Shown here piece after piece: positions 39,640 to 52,641 of a stretch of DNA of 64,000 nucleotides (the first letter of the stretch is position 1; each line of letters begins with the position of its first letter). This stretch comes from Candidatus Eiseniibacteriota bacterium (GTDB lineage Bacteria; Eisenbacteria; RBG-16-71-46; CAVPCR01): the NCBI GenBank assembly GCA_963823555.1, contig CAWGMA010000001.1, positions 384,001 through 448,000 of the forward strand, in the 5' to 3' direction. The notes below the pieces were generated by a model. It saw nothing but the letters and a program-made list of their open reading frames with translations, did no database searches and had not been told where the DNA came from. Position numbers and translations under genes: made by a program.

Positions 39640-40176
39640 ATGGACGCGATATGGAGCTTTCTCGGCTGGATCGGGTTCGGGACCGGACTCCTGGCCGGTC
39701 TCCTCATGATCCCGCTCGGCCTCGGCGGTACCTTCGTCATCCTCGCGCTCGGCCTCGGGCTCGGCCTCGTCACCGGCTTCGAGCGCGTCGAGTGGCAGGT
39801 CCTGGTGGTGCTCGCCTTCCTGGCGGTGATGGGGGAGGTCATCGAGTCGTTCCTCGGCATATTCACCGTGCGACGCTTCGGCGCCTCGAAGCACGCCATG
39901 CTCGGCACCTTCGTGGGCGGGATCGCCGGCGGTACTCTGGGCACCGGTTGGATCCCGGTCGTGGGGAGCCTCATCGGTGCCTTCGCGGGCGCCTTCGCCG
40001 GTGCCGTGATCGGCGAGGTGATCTATCGCCGGAAGTTCGCCGGCACCATGCAAGCGGGATGGGCGGCCTTCCTGGGGCGGGTGGCGGCAGCCGTGATCAA
40101 GTTCGAGATCGGTGTCGTCATGGTGATCCTCCTCGTCTGGCGTGTCCTCGAGAACCCGCCGCAGCCCGGAGGGTGA
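39640..40176 (+). CDS. DUF456 (YqgC-like) membrane protein
   Basis: Gly-rich hydrophobic protein; RRFGASK, G..IGAFAGA..GE. Confidence 0.8.
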   Translation: MDAIWSFLGWIGFGTGLLAGLLMIPLGLGGTFVILALGLGLGLVTGFERVEWQVLVVLAFLAVMGEVIESFLGIFTVRRFGASKHAMLGTFVGGIAGGTLGTGWIPVVGSLIGAFAGAFAGAVIGEVIYRRKFAGTMQAGWAAFLGRVAAAVIKFEIGVVMVILLVWRVLENPPQPGG

Positions 40177-40305
40177 CGGGGGAATGTGCTAGCATGCCGC
40201 CACGAGGCAAGGGCGCCTCGTGGTCGCAGCGGTGATCGTGCCCGGTCTGGTGGAGGAGGGTCGTTGGGCGCGCGGTGGCTCCAGAACCTCCGTCTCGAAC
40301 GGACC

Positions 40306-41040
40306 TTGATCGCATTCATCGCCGGATGCGCGCTCATTGCGGCCGCCGGATGCGGCGCCGCCGAGCAGGAGGCCGAGCCTGCAGCCGGGGGCGAGTCCAG
40401 TGGCGGCGAGACCGCGGCGCGGGCCCGCATGATCGAGGACACGATCGTTGCCCGCGGGGTGCGCGATTCCCTGGTGCTCGCCGCGATCATGGCCGTGCCC
40501 CGCCACCTCTTCGTGCCGGAATCGTTGCGATCTCTCGCCTATGCCGATCAGCCGCTTCCGATCGGTGAAGATCAAACCATCTCCCAGCCCTACATCGTTG
40601 CCTTGATGACCGAACTCCTCGATCTCAGCCCGGGGGAGAAGGTGCTCGAGATCGGCACCGGCTCCGGATATCAAGCTGCCGTCCTTGCCGAGATCACCGA
40701 TCACGTCTACTCGATCGAGATCGTCGAATCGCTGGCCCGGAGCGCCGCAGCGCGTCTTGCCGCCTTGGGCTACGAGCAGGTCGAGGTGCGTGCCGGCGAT
40801 GGCTACCGTGGCTGGCCGGAAGCGGCACCCTACGACGCGATCGTGGTCACGGCGGCACCCGATCATGTGCCGGCGCCACTCGTCGAGCAGCTCGCCCCCG
40901 GGGGGCGGCTCGTGATCCCGGTCGGGGACCATTTCCAGGAGCTCATGGTGGTGGCGCGAGCCCCGGACGGCACGATCGAGAAGCGGGCCGTGATTCCAGT
41001 CCGCTTCGTCCCGATGACGGGGGAGGCGGAGCGCCGATGA
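40306..41040 (+). CDS. pcm: Protein-L-isoaspartate O-methyltransferase with lipoprotein-like N-terminus
   Basis: VPRHLFVP, QTISQPY, VLEIGTGSGYQAA, PYDAI, VRFVPM; start uncertain. Confidence 0.92.
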   Translation: MIAFIAGCALIAAAGCGAAEQEAEPAAGGESSGGETAARARMIEDTIVARGVRDSLVLAAIMAVPRHLFVPESLRSLAYADQPLPIGEDQTISQPYIVALMTELLDLSPGEKVLEIGTGSGYQAAVLAEITDHVYSIEIVESLARSAAARLAALGYEQVEVRAGDGYRGWPEAAPYDAIVVTAAPDHVPAPLVEQLAPGGRLVIPVGDHFQELMVVARAPDGTIEKRAVIPVRFVPMTGEAERR

Positions 41041-41345
41041 CGGAACGATCGCCAGCCAGGGACGGCGGTGGCGTTCGCCGGCGCGTCCGCCTCCTCATCT
41101 CCGGGCGCGTGCAGGGCGTCTTCTACCGGGCCACGACCGCCTCTCGCGGGCGGGAACTCGGGCTCAGCGGATTCGCCCGGAACCTGGCGGATGGGCGGGT
41201 CGAGGTGGTGGCGGAAGGATCTCCATCGGCGGTGGAGGCGCTCATCGTCTTCTGCCGCGAAGGGCCGCCGGCGGCCCGCGTGGCCGGAGTCGAGATCAAC
41301 GAGCTCGAGCCCACGGGCGAGGGCGGCAGGTTCGGTGTGACCTAG
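41037..41345 (+). CDS. acyP: Acylphosphatase
   Basis: GRVQGVFYR, GFARNLADGRVE, GPPAARV. Confidence 0.95.
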   Translation: MTERSPARDGGGVRRRVRLLISGRVQGVFYRATTASRGRELGLSGFARNLADGRVEVVAEGSPSAVEALIVFCREGPPAARVAGVEINELEPTGEGGRFGVT

Positions 41346-41354
41346 GAGGAGAGC

Positions 41355-44592
<3,238 letters not shown>

Positions 44593-44622
44593 GGCTAGCG
44601 TGGGGCGTATGAAGGGCAGGTG

Positions 44623-45042
44623 ATGGAAGCGCGCTTCTGGCAGATCGAGCACACGGCGGACGTGGCCATCGCCGCGTCGGGGCCCGATCTCACATCGCTA
44701 TTCGACCGCTGTGCCGCCGGCATGTTCAGCCTCATCGTGGAGGGCGAGCCGATCGCGCCGCGAGAGGAGTTTCGGGTGGAGGCTGAAGGAGAGGACCAAG
44801 AGGAGCTCCTCGTCGATTTCCTGCGCGAGCTCCTGTGGCTCCATGCCAGGCACGACTTCCTCTATGCGGAAGCCGACTTCGAGGAGCTTGGTCCGCAGCG
44901 CCTCGTGGCGCGGGTGCGGGGGGAGCGCGTCGATCCCGAGCATCACCAGCTGGTCCGGGAGATCAAGGCGGTCACCTATCACGGGCTCGAGATGGTGTGT
45001 GGAGAGGGGATCTGTACGGCGCGAATCATCTTCGATGTATGA
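44623..45042 (+). CDS. Archease
   Basis: EHTADV at N-terminus, EIKAVTYH, terminal FDV. Confidence 0.93.
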   Translation: MEARFWQIEHTADVAIAASGPDLTSLFDRCAAGMFSLIVEGEPIAPREEFRVEAEGEDQEELLVDFLRELLWLHARHDFLYAEADFEELGPQRLVARVRGERVDPEHHQLVREIKAVTYHGLEMVCGEGICTARIIFDV

Positions 45043-45140
45043 GGTGTGGGGAGTGGCGCCTTGGCGTGAATGGCGACATCCCGGTGGCGATGTGAGCATT
45101 GCAGGAGAGACCGGCAACGATGACGACAAGATCTCCGACA

Positions 45141-45169
45141 TTGACCTGATACGGCGTGCGTGTTAACGT
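45141..45169 (+). promoter_or_regulatory. Putative sigma70 promoter TTGACC-17-TAACGT with extended -10 TG
   Basis: TG at 45161-45162; upstream of the gene at 45272. Confidence 0.55.
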
Positions 45170-45271
45170 CCCCATCGCTCAATGATCATGCGTCGCGACC
45201 TGAGGTGCGATCGCCTGATCCATCCCTGACTCATGGACAGACTCTCTACATGCAGAGCAGAAGGGGGATCG

Positions 45272-46201
45272 ATGATGATCAAGATGGGCGTGATTGTTGC
45301 GGCGTTGCTGCTGGCCGTGGCCAGCGTCGGAAACGTGGCGGCCGACAATGGCGAGATCGCCCGTGTCGTCGCGGCCTTGAACGAACGCGCCGTTCCTCCG
45401 GTTGAGGACGGGCCGGCAGAAGACGGCTCGGCCATTCCGGACGAGCTCGGACTTGTGGCGTGGACCATCGAGACGCCCGGACCCGATCAGTGCTCGATCG
45501 ATGTTGCGGTCCTCGGCGCCTCGACATCGACGCAGCTGCAGGATGTGGTCAACAACCTCACCGGTGACTCACGCATTGCCTCGGTCACGGGCATCGTCAT
45601 CACCGCTGTGACGCCGACCCTGGCCGAACTCCAGGCGTTCGACGCGGTGCTGGTCTACACGAACTCCACCCCGCAGAGCTCGACTGTCCTCGGTGACAAC
45701 CTCGCGGGCTACGTGGATGGTGGGGGCGGCGTCGCTCTCACGATGTTCGCCATTCGCGCCTCCTCGGCGGCGCGCACGATCGAGGGACGGTTCCTCACCG
45801 ACAACTACTACTGCATCGAGCGCAGCGTCGGAACGAGCACGACCGGGAACGCGACGCTCGGGACGATCTACCTCCCGGCCAGCCCGCTGGTCGAGAATGT
45901 GAATACCTTCGATGGCGGGACGTCGAGCTTCCGCTCGCCCGCCCCGCTCCATCCGAACGCCGTCCGGGTCGCCGACTGGTCGACCGGGGAGATCCTGATC
46001 GCGGAGCGCACCGATCTCGGCGGTGGGCGCGTCGACCTCGGATTCTTCGCGGTCTCCCAGCTGGCATCGTCGTCGAGCTGGCTCATCACCACGGATGGCG
46101 CCACCATCCTCCGCAACGCGGTCGTGGTGGCCAGCCGCTGCGGCCAGACGACCGCGGTCGAGCCATCCACATGGGGAGCGATCAAGGCGCTGGGCCAGTA
46201 G
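45272..46201 (+). CDS. Secreted hypothetical protein with C-terminal TAVEPSTWGAIKAL motif
   Basis: Signal peptide; GATase/DUF4350-like core (FDAVLV...GDNLAGYVDGGGGV); C-terminal TWG motif. Confidence 0.75.
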   Translation: MMIKMGVIVAALLLAVASVGNVAADNGEIARVVAALNERAVPPVEDGPAEDGSAIPDELGLVAWTIETPGPDQCSIDVAVLGASTSTQLQDVVNNLTGDSRIASVTGIVITAVTPTLAELQAFDAVLVYTNSTPQSSTVLGDNLAGYVDGGGGVALTMFAIRASSAARTIEGRFLTDNYYCIERSVGTSTTGNATLGTIYLPASPLVENVNTFDGGTSSFRSPAPLHPNAVRVADWSTGEILIAERTDLGGGRVDLGFFAVSQLASSSSWLITTDGATILRNAVVVASRCGQTTAVEPSTWGAIKALGQ

Positions 46202-46232
46202 AAGAGCCCCCGCGAATTCAACGATCGGGCCT

Positions 46233-46278
46233 AACCCCCGAGGAAAGTGTGGAGTAGCACTCTTCTCGGGGGTTTGTT
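46233..46278 (+). terminator. Probable intrinsic terminator
   Basis: aacccccgag...ctcgggggtt hairpin followed by tgtt, about 30 bp after the stop. Confidence 0.65.
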
Positions 46279-46530
46279 CGTCTCGAGGTCGATGCCCATG
46301 TCTGGAGATGACAGCGAGCATATCTAAAATGCTGATTGTAGTTCTGGTGAAGACACGATCGTGCGCCATGGGTCCCCTGAAGGTTGATTCGGCAGCGATG
46401 GCAATGTAACGTTGTCGATGCGCACACATCGCACCCGGTCCGCCGCCAGGAATCGGATATCCTCTGGACTTCATGGGAACGACCGGGCAGGTAGTTCACC
46501 ACCTTCGCAGAGATGCTGGAAGGAGGGACG

Positions 46531-48432
46531 ATGCTTCACTTGGAACTGCAGCGCGCAGGTGGCGCCGGGAGAGTCGCAGTGGCAGTCGCTCTCCTGGTTG
46601 TTGCCGCATGGGCCGTACCTTGCCACTCGCAAGTTGCGTCTTCGCTGATCAATGAAGGCGATCCACTGCCGGATGCACCGGGGCAATCCGTCAGTGGAAT
46701 CAACAACACCGCGGTGAATCGTGTCGATGGCTACGCTGCAACCCTCAATTCGAGCGGTGCGGCGACCCTGAGCCATATCTGGGGCAATCCGACTGGTGGC
46801 GCCGGGATGATCCTTCGCACCGAGACCACCATCGGCTCGCTGGTCCAGACCTCGTTCGAGTCCTTCTACGGGATGGATGACTCCGGCGCGCTCTGCTATA
46901 GCGCCTCGGGAACGGGCGGACCGGACGGGGGTTTCGATGCTGTTTTCAAGGATGACACCCCGATCGCCGTCGAGGGGGATCCTCATCCGACGCTCCCCGG
47001 TCAGTTCTGGAGCTTCGCGAGCCGTCCCGGGATCACCGCTGACGGGATTCCCTATCTTGTCGGTGGCCTCAGGGAGACGGTAGGTGGAGCGACCTCCAAC
47101 CGGGGGATCTTCATCGGCATGAACGGAGATCCGGTCATCATCGGCGGGGACGTTCTGCCGAATCTGCCCGGGCCCCTGGACACGGGGACCACCGTCAGCT
47201 TCGACTACCGCTACTCGACGCTCGGCACCCATTACATCGTCGAGGTCCAGATCGATGGCCTGGGCACCGGCGAGGACAACGCCATGGTCGTCGACGGTGC
47301 CGGCCTTCTCCTCGATGGCGCGCTCGTGCGGGAAGGCACCCCGGTTCCAGCCGCGGTCGGCGGACTCCCGGGCGAGAACTGGGACAACTTCGACTTCGAT
47401 GGCTATACGGAGGCCGGTGAGTACTTCTTCACCGGCGACACGGACGGTGATATCGCCACCGACGAGTTCATCCTCGAGAACGGTATGATCGTCCTTCGCG
47501 AAGGCGACATGCTCGATGGCGAGACGCTCTCGGGTGCCATCGAGGGCGCCTTCATGAACGAGGATGGGGATCTCGCCTTCATCTGGGACATCCAGGGCGG
47601 TACTCTCGAGGCCCTCTACCTGAACGACATGCTCCTCCTCAAGGAGGGCGATGAGGTGGATCTGGATGGAGATGGGGTGCTCGACCCCGGAGTCGTCCTG
47701 ACCGATTTCACCGGCATCAGCTCTTTGACCCTGACCGACCGTGATCTCACTGGCCAGGTGAAGGTCTATTTCACCGCTGACGTCAACACGGGCTCTGCCG
47801 TGATCGAGGGGTTCTACTGCATGGCCATCGATCTCGGCGGGACGACACCGGTTCTGCTCTCGAGCTTCGACGCCGTGGCCGATCCCGAAGAGCACGCGGT
47901 CGAGCTCCGCTGGTCGACCTCCTTCGAGCAGGATCACCTCGGCTTCCATGTCTATCGGAGCTTCGCCGCCGACGGCGACTATGCGCGCCTGAATACCGAG
48001 CTGGTCGCCGGGGAGAGCCCGTACTCCTACGTCGACCGTGACGTCCAGCCGACCACCACCTACTACTACAGGATCGAGGCTGTGGATCGGGAAGGTGGCG
48101 TTGAGCTCCACGGACCGGCTCGGGTGACGACTCCGGCGTGGGGACTCCTGACCATGCTCCGCCCGAACAGCCCCAACCCGTTCATCGGCCAGACGGACAT
48201 TCCGTTCACGCTGAGCACCGAGGGTCGAGTCAGGCTCTCGATCTACGACGTGGGCGGACGTCTGGTGAGAACGGTCATCGACGGATCGCTCCCCGCGGGC
48301 GATCACTCGGTCACGTGGGACGGTTTCGTCGACCAGGGCGGCGTCTCGCCGCAGGGCGTCTACTTCTATCGACTCGAGGCCGGCGATCGGAGCCAGACCC
48401 GCAAGATGGTGAAGATGCCCGCTTCGAGGTAG
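46531..48432 (+). CDS. Secreted acidic protein with FlgD-Ig/T9SS-like C-terminal domain
   Basis: Signal peptide; repeated (L/I).EGD..P units; TPVLLSSF linker; PNPF, IYDVGGRLVR, WDG, GVYFYRL, RKMV. Confidence 0.8.
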   Translation: MLHLELQRAGGAGRVAVAVALLVVAAWAVPCHSQVASSLINEGDPLPDAPGQSVSGINNTAVNRVDGYAATLNSSGAATLSHIWGNPTGGAGMILRTETTIGSLVQTSFESFYGMDDSGALCYSASGTGGPDGGFDAVFKDDTPIAVEGDPHPTLPGQFWSFASRPGITADGIPYLVGGLRETVGGATSNRGIFIGMNGDPVIIGGDVLPNLPGPLDTGTTVSFDYRYSTLGTHYIVEVQIDGLGTGEDNAMVVDGAGLLLDGALVREGTPVPAAVGGLPGENWDNFDFDGYTEAGEYFFTGDTDGDIATDEFILENGMIVLREGDMLDGETLSGAIEGAFMNEDGDLAFIWDIQGGTLEALYLNDMLLLKEGDEVDLDGDGVLDPGVVLTDFTGISSLTLTDRDLTGQVKVYFTADVNTGSAVIEGFYCMAIDLGGTTPVLLSSFDAVADPEEHAVELRWSTSFEQDHLGFHVYRSFAADGDYARLNTELVAGESPYSYVDRDVQPTTTYYYRIEAVDREGGVELHGPARVTTPAWGLLTMLRPNSPNPFIGQTDIPFTLSTEGRVRLSIYDVGGRLVRTVIDGSLPAGDHSVTWDGFVDQGGVSPQGVYFYRLEAGDRSQTRKMVKMPASR

Positions 48433-48476
48433 CCGACCTCGCGTTGCCGGCTGTCAAGAAGTCGCTCTAACGGAGG

Positions 48477-48519
48477 ACGGGCGCGAACCAGGGAAGACCT
48501 GGATCGCGCCCGTTTCCTT
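48477..48519. terminator. Hairpin between convergent genes (probable bidirectional terminator)
   Basis: acgggcgcga-accagg-gaaga-cctgga-tcgcgcccgt followed by ttcctt. Confidence 0.6.
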
Positions 48520-48545
48520 GCTCGGGCAGCGGATCGGGAATCCAC

Positions 48546-49874
48546 CTACAGCGTGAAGGTGAACTCGTCGACGAGAGCGCCCGGGACGCGGCCGCTCTCC
48601 ATGGAGCGCCCGCCGTAGGTCTGGGAATCGATGATGAACTCGCGCTCGGCCGTGAGATCGGCGAGGTGGTCACCGAAGATCCGGTAGATGGTCTCGTCGA
48701 AGCGCATCACGTTGACCGGCGCCGTGATCTTGCCGTTCTCGACCCAGAAGGTCGCGAAGCGCGTCATCCCGGTCATCCGGCACGCCGGGCGGTCGGAGTA
48801 GTTGAGATAGTGCACGTTGTTGATGAGGAGCCCCTCGCCGAGTTCGGCGAGAACCCGGTCCTGAGGGAGGTTGCCGGGGGCCATCTCGATCGAGCTCGGG
48901 CGTCTCCCACGATGACGCGCCGTTGGTCGGTACCCCGTACTCCTTGGCCGAGCGCGGCGAGACGAGGCAGCTGGAGAAACAGCCGCCCTTGATGAGCTCG
49001 ACCCGGGGCGGCTTGATGAAGCCGGCGCTCTGGAAGTTGGGAGCCACCCCCTCGGCGGTGTTCTCGAGGATGGTCACTTCCGGCCTCGAGCCGCGCGCCG
49101 TCCTCCGCCATCTTGATGAGGGAGGTCTGCTTGGTGCGGTGGTCCTTGAGCCCGAAGCCGCCCCACGACAGCGTCCCGAGGATGTCGTAGACGGCGAGCG
49201 GCGAGAAGTAGACGCGATACTTGCCGGGATCGATGGTCTCGGCGCGGGCGGGCGAGGATCTTGAGCTGCTCGTCGGCCGGAGACCATCTTGCGCGAGAGC
49301 TCGCTCTCGTCCCAGGCGAAGCCGGCATAGTAGGACTTCACCGCCTTGTCCTGGTGGTGATAGAGGCTCCAGTCGATGTTGAAGGTGAAGCTCGAGAACC
49401 AGTTGCGCTGGCCGAGCGAGTTGGCGAATCCCGAGTGGATGCCGCCTCCGGCATAGATTCCCACCAGGTCCTTGCCGCTGCCCTTCTCGAGAACGGAGCC
49501 CACGGCATCGGTCCCCGCGGGCAGGCTGTTCTCTCCGTGCTTCTCGCTCGAGTGCACTTCCTCGGAATAGAGGAGGTGCGGGTCATCGGGCAGATGCGGG
49601 ATCGTGGCTGCGCAGGTCGCCGAGCAGGGTCGTGAGCCGTCCCTGGTCCGCTTCCCGATCGCCGGAGAGCGTGGCGGAGCCCCTGGCGTGCTTCCGGCCG
49701 CGGATCAGATCGATCTCGATCTCGCGCTGTACAACGTGGCCGGCCTGCCGGATCGCACTCTTCGATGAAACGCACGAACTCCGAGTCCTCGGCGCGGAAG
49801 GAAGACGTGGCGACCTCGCCTGCCATGAGCTTCGACTGAATGAAATCGGCCAGCTCGTAGAAGTAGCTCTGCAT
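48546..49874 (-). pseudogene. TldE/PmbA-family protein interrupted by six +1 frameshifts (probably assembly errors)
   Basis: Fragments in three frames join to about 440 aa: EDSEFVRF, PDDPHLL, GIYAGG..GFANSLG, PGKYRVYFSP, YLNYSDR..CRMTGMTRFA. Confidence 0.85.
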
Positions 49875-49877
49875 CGC

Positions 49878-51311
49878 TCATGCCCCCCCGAAGACGTCGA
49901 CGTTCGCGAAGAGACAGGCCGGCGAGGCGTGCCCGACCCGGATGGCCTGATTGGGTTCCCCCTTGCCGCAGTAGGGAGTGCCCAGGATGTCGCGGGTTTC
50001 GACCGTTCCCACCATCTTGAGACTGCGCCAGAAAGTCGCCGAGATGCCGCGGTAGCTGGGTTTCTTGACCAGCGTGGTCAGCTTGCCGTTCTCGATGAGC
50101 TGGCCCCACTCGCAGCCGAACTGGAACTTGTTGCGCGAGTCATCGATGGACCAGCTGTTGTTGCTCTTCATGTAGATGCCGTGTTCCACGGCGGCGATCA
50201 TCTCCTCCAGCTTCGAAGTACCCGGCTCGAGGTTCAGGTTGGCCATGCGGTCGATCGGCGGCCGGTTCCAGCTCGAGGCGCGGGCATTGGCCACGCCTTC
50301 GATCCCCGCCCGCTTCTGGGAGACGACGCTCCCGAGCGGGCGCTCGAGGATGCCGCTGCGGATGATGTACTCCTTGCGGGCCGGCACCCCGTCATCGTCG
50401 AAGCCGAAGCTCGCGAACTCGCCCTGGAGCGTGGGGTCGTAGGTGATGTTCAGGAGATCCGAGCCGTAGCGATAGGAGCCGAACATGTCGAGCGTCACGA
50501 AGCTGGTGCCGGCGTAGTTCCGCTCGTCACCGAGGATGCGATCGAGCTCGAGCGGATGGCCGATCGACTCGTGGATCTGGAGGATCATCTGATCCGGAGC
50601 CAGGAGGAGGTCCATCTTGCCCGTCGGGCAGTTGGGGGCGGCGAGGAGCGCCAGCGCCTCGCTCGCGATGCGCGGTGCCGCATCGTAGAACCCGATCTGG
50701 TCGAGCACCTCGAGACCGCCCTGACGGCAGGTGCCGCGCGCGCCGAGCGATCGGGTCTGGGTTTCCGAGCCTTCGTTGGCGGTGGCGCTGAGCACCGGCA
50801 CCATGAAGGAGAAGTGCTGCTCGACATCGCCGCCTTGATTGGTGATGTACTGAGTGTGCGAGCGCGTGTGCCAGAGGGATGCTTCCCAGTCGACGATGCG
50901 CCGATCGATCTTGAGGCGCTCGCTCTCGCGCTTGAGGAGATCGATCTTGGCGGCCAGGGGGATTGAATCCCAGGGTTTGTCGACGTGTGTCGCGTACTCA
51001 CCCTGCGGGGACGGCATCGGGATCCGGGAGAAGTCGGTGACGCCGATACGCGCCGTCTTCTCGGCCCATGCCCGCGCCTGCGCCAGGGCATCGGCGATCC
51101 CGCGCTCGGTGAGATCGGAGGTGGCGGCATAGCCGAGGCCGCCGCCATCGATCACCGTCAACATGGCGCCGACGTCGTTCGCGTGCACGGTCGGCTGGAG
51201 GACGTTCTGCCGGACCTGGAGGATCTCGGAGCGCTCGTCAACGAGGCGGAGTGAGCAGAAATCGACTTTCGGAGCGATGCGGTGGAAAAGCTCCGCGATC
51301 GTTTTGGGCAT
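49878..51311 (-). CDS. tldD: TldD-family metalloprotease
   Basis: GYAAT, QIHESIGHPLE (HExxxH), DDDG, PIDRMANLN, CGKGEP. Confidence 0.93.
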   Translation of the reverse strand: MPKTIAELFHRIAPKVDFCSLRLVDERSEILQVRQNVLQPTVHANDVGAMLTVIDGGGLGYAATSDLTERGIADALAQARAWAEKTARIGVTDFSRIPMPSPQGEYATHVDKPWDSIPLAAKIDLLKRESERLKIDRRIVDWEASLWHTRSHTQYITNQGGDVEQHFSFMVPVLSATANEGSETQTRSLGARGTCRQGGLEVLDQIGFYDAAPRIASEALALLAAPNCPTGKMDLLLAPDQMILQIHESIGHPLELDRILGDERNYAGTSFVTLDMFGSYRYGSDLLNITYDPTLQGEFASFGFDDDGVPARKEYIIRSGILERPLGSVVSQKRAGIEGVANARASSWNRPPIDRMANLNLEPGTSKLEEMIAAVEHGIYMKSNNSWSIDDSRNKFQFGCEWGQLIENGKLTTLVKKPSYRGISATFWRSLKMVGTVETRDILGTPYCGKGEPNQAIRVGHASPACLFANVDVFGGA

Positions 51312-51450
51312 CGTCGGTCTCCTGTGTGTACTGGCGCTCGTGCGGGCGGCGGAGGCGAGAGCCGGCTCGCAGGGCTGGGGACGAAACGCGTGCATTCTAC
51401 GGGATCGAGGCCGGCGGCGCCACCGTTCGCGGCGCGCGGGGTCAGCGCGA

Positions 51451-52641
51451 TCAGCGTGCAGCGCGGAAGCCGTAGGTGGTTGATTGCAGATAGCTGGGCG
51501 GACGCCAGACCCGGCTTGCCGAGCGGCAGAATTTACCGAAGCTGCCCCAGTCCCCGCCGCGCGCCACCTTGTAGGCGCCGTTCTCGGGACCGGGCGGGTC
51601 GGCGAATGGGGATTCACCGTAGTAGCCGCTCCCATACCAGTCGTTCACCCACTCGAGCGCGTTCCCGCTCATGTCGTAGAGGCCGAAGGCGTTGGCTTCC
51701 TTCTCGCGCACCGGGTGCGGGGCCTCGTCCGAGTTGGAGCAGTACCAGGCGATGGCCGCCGTCGCCGGGTCGGCACCGCATTCCAGCTCGGTGATCGCAC
51801 CGTTGTATAGCGCTGTCGAGGTGCCGGCGCGACAGGCGTACTCCCACTCGGCCTCCGTCGGCAGTCGCCAGTCCTGATCCTGGCAGAAGGCACTCGCCCC
51901 GTACCAGGTGACGCGAAGCACGGGGAAGTTCTCGTGGCCTCCATCGACCGTGAAGCCGATGCCGGTGAAGGCGATGTGCGAATCACCGAGCTCGAGGTAT
52001 GTCGCTCCGGGATAGAGGCCGCCGGGGGAACCGACGACGAGAGTGTCCGTGACGGCGACGAGGCCGCGGGCGAAGGCGCGGTCGAGCCAGGTTGCATAGT
52101 GCGTGGTGGTGACCTCGGTCTGGGTGATCGAGAAGGCCGAGATCGACACCGTGTGCTCGGGGCCTTCGTCTTCGTCCCGTCCCGGTTCGTCGGGCGGCGA
52201 ACCCATGAGGAAGCTGCCGGCCGGGAGCGATATCCAGCGCAGCGGCAGGATCGGCGGCGGCACCAGGACCTGGATCCGCACGGTGTCGGCGCCGGTCGCG
52301 CCCTCCGAATCGGTGGCGGTGAGGATGATCGTGTGCTCGCCGGTGGCCAGGGTGTCGATGGTCACGGTCTGGCCGGTGCCGAGGAAGCCCGAGAGGCTCG
52401 AGCTCCAGCCGAGAGCGCCGCCCACGAGCGCGCCGTCCTCGGGATCGGTGCCTGTCCCCTGGAGCTGCACCAGCTCTCCGGGTTCGTAGATCGCGCCCGT
52501 GGCGGGGGAGAAGATGGTGGCGGCGGGCGAGCGATTGGAGGGCGGCGGCGGCTGAGACGGGTAGTCATCGCAGCCGGCGAGGCAGCCGACGGCGACGGCC
52601 AGCATGCCCAATGCGCCTCGCCACCTGGCCCGTTCCCGCAT
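51451..52641 (-). CDS. Lipoprotein with Ig/PKD-like and FGE-sulfatase (SUMF1) domains
   Basis: Lipobox LAGC; DPEDG..WSS..LTATDS; RLPTEAEWEYACRAG, NAFGLYDMSGN, RGG.W, GFR. Confidence 0.87.
   Translation of the reverse strand: MRERARWRGALGMLAVAVGCLAGCDDYPSQPPPPSNRSPAATIFSPATGAIYEPGELVQLQGTGTDPEDGALVGGALGWSSSLSGFLGTGQTVTIDTLATGEHTIILTATDSEGATGADTVRIQVLVPPPILPLRWISLPAGSFLMGSPPDEPGRDEDEGPEHTVSISAFSITQTEVTTTHYATWLDRAFARGLVAVTDTLVVGSPGGLYPGATYLELGDSHIAFTGIGFTVDGGHENFPVLRVTWYGASAFCQDQDWRLPTEAEWEYACRAGTSTALYNGAITELECGADPATAAIAWYCSNSDEAPHPVREKEANAFGLYDMSGNALEWVNDWYGSGYYGESPFADPPGPENGAYKVARGGDWGSFGKFCRSASRVWRPPSYLQSTTYGFRAAR

Noticed and set aside
48546..49874. Programmed frameshifting in tldE
   Set aside because: Six shifts with no slippery sequences or shared context
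51451..52260. Active formylglycine-generating enzyme
   Set aside because: Lacks the catalytic Cys-rich core motif; no sulfatase nearby
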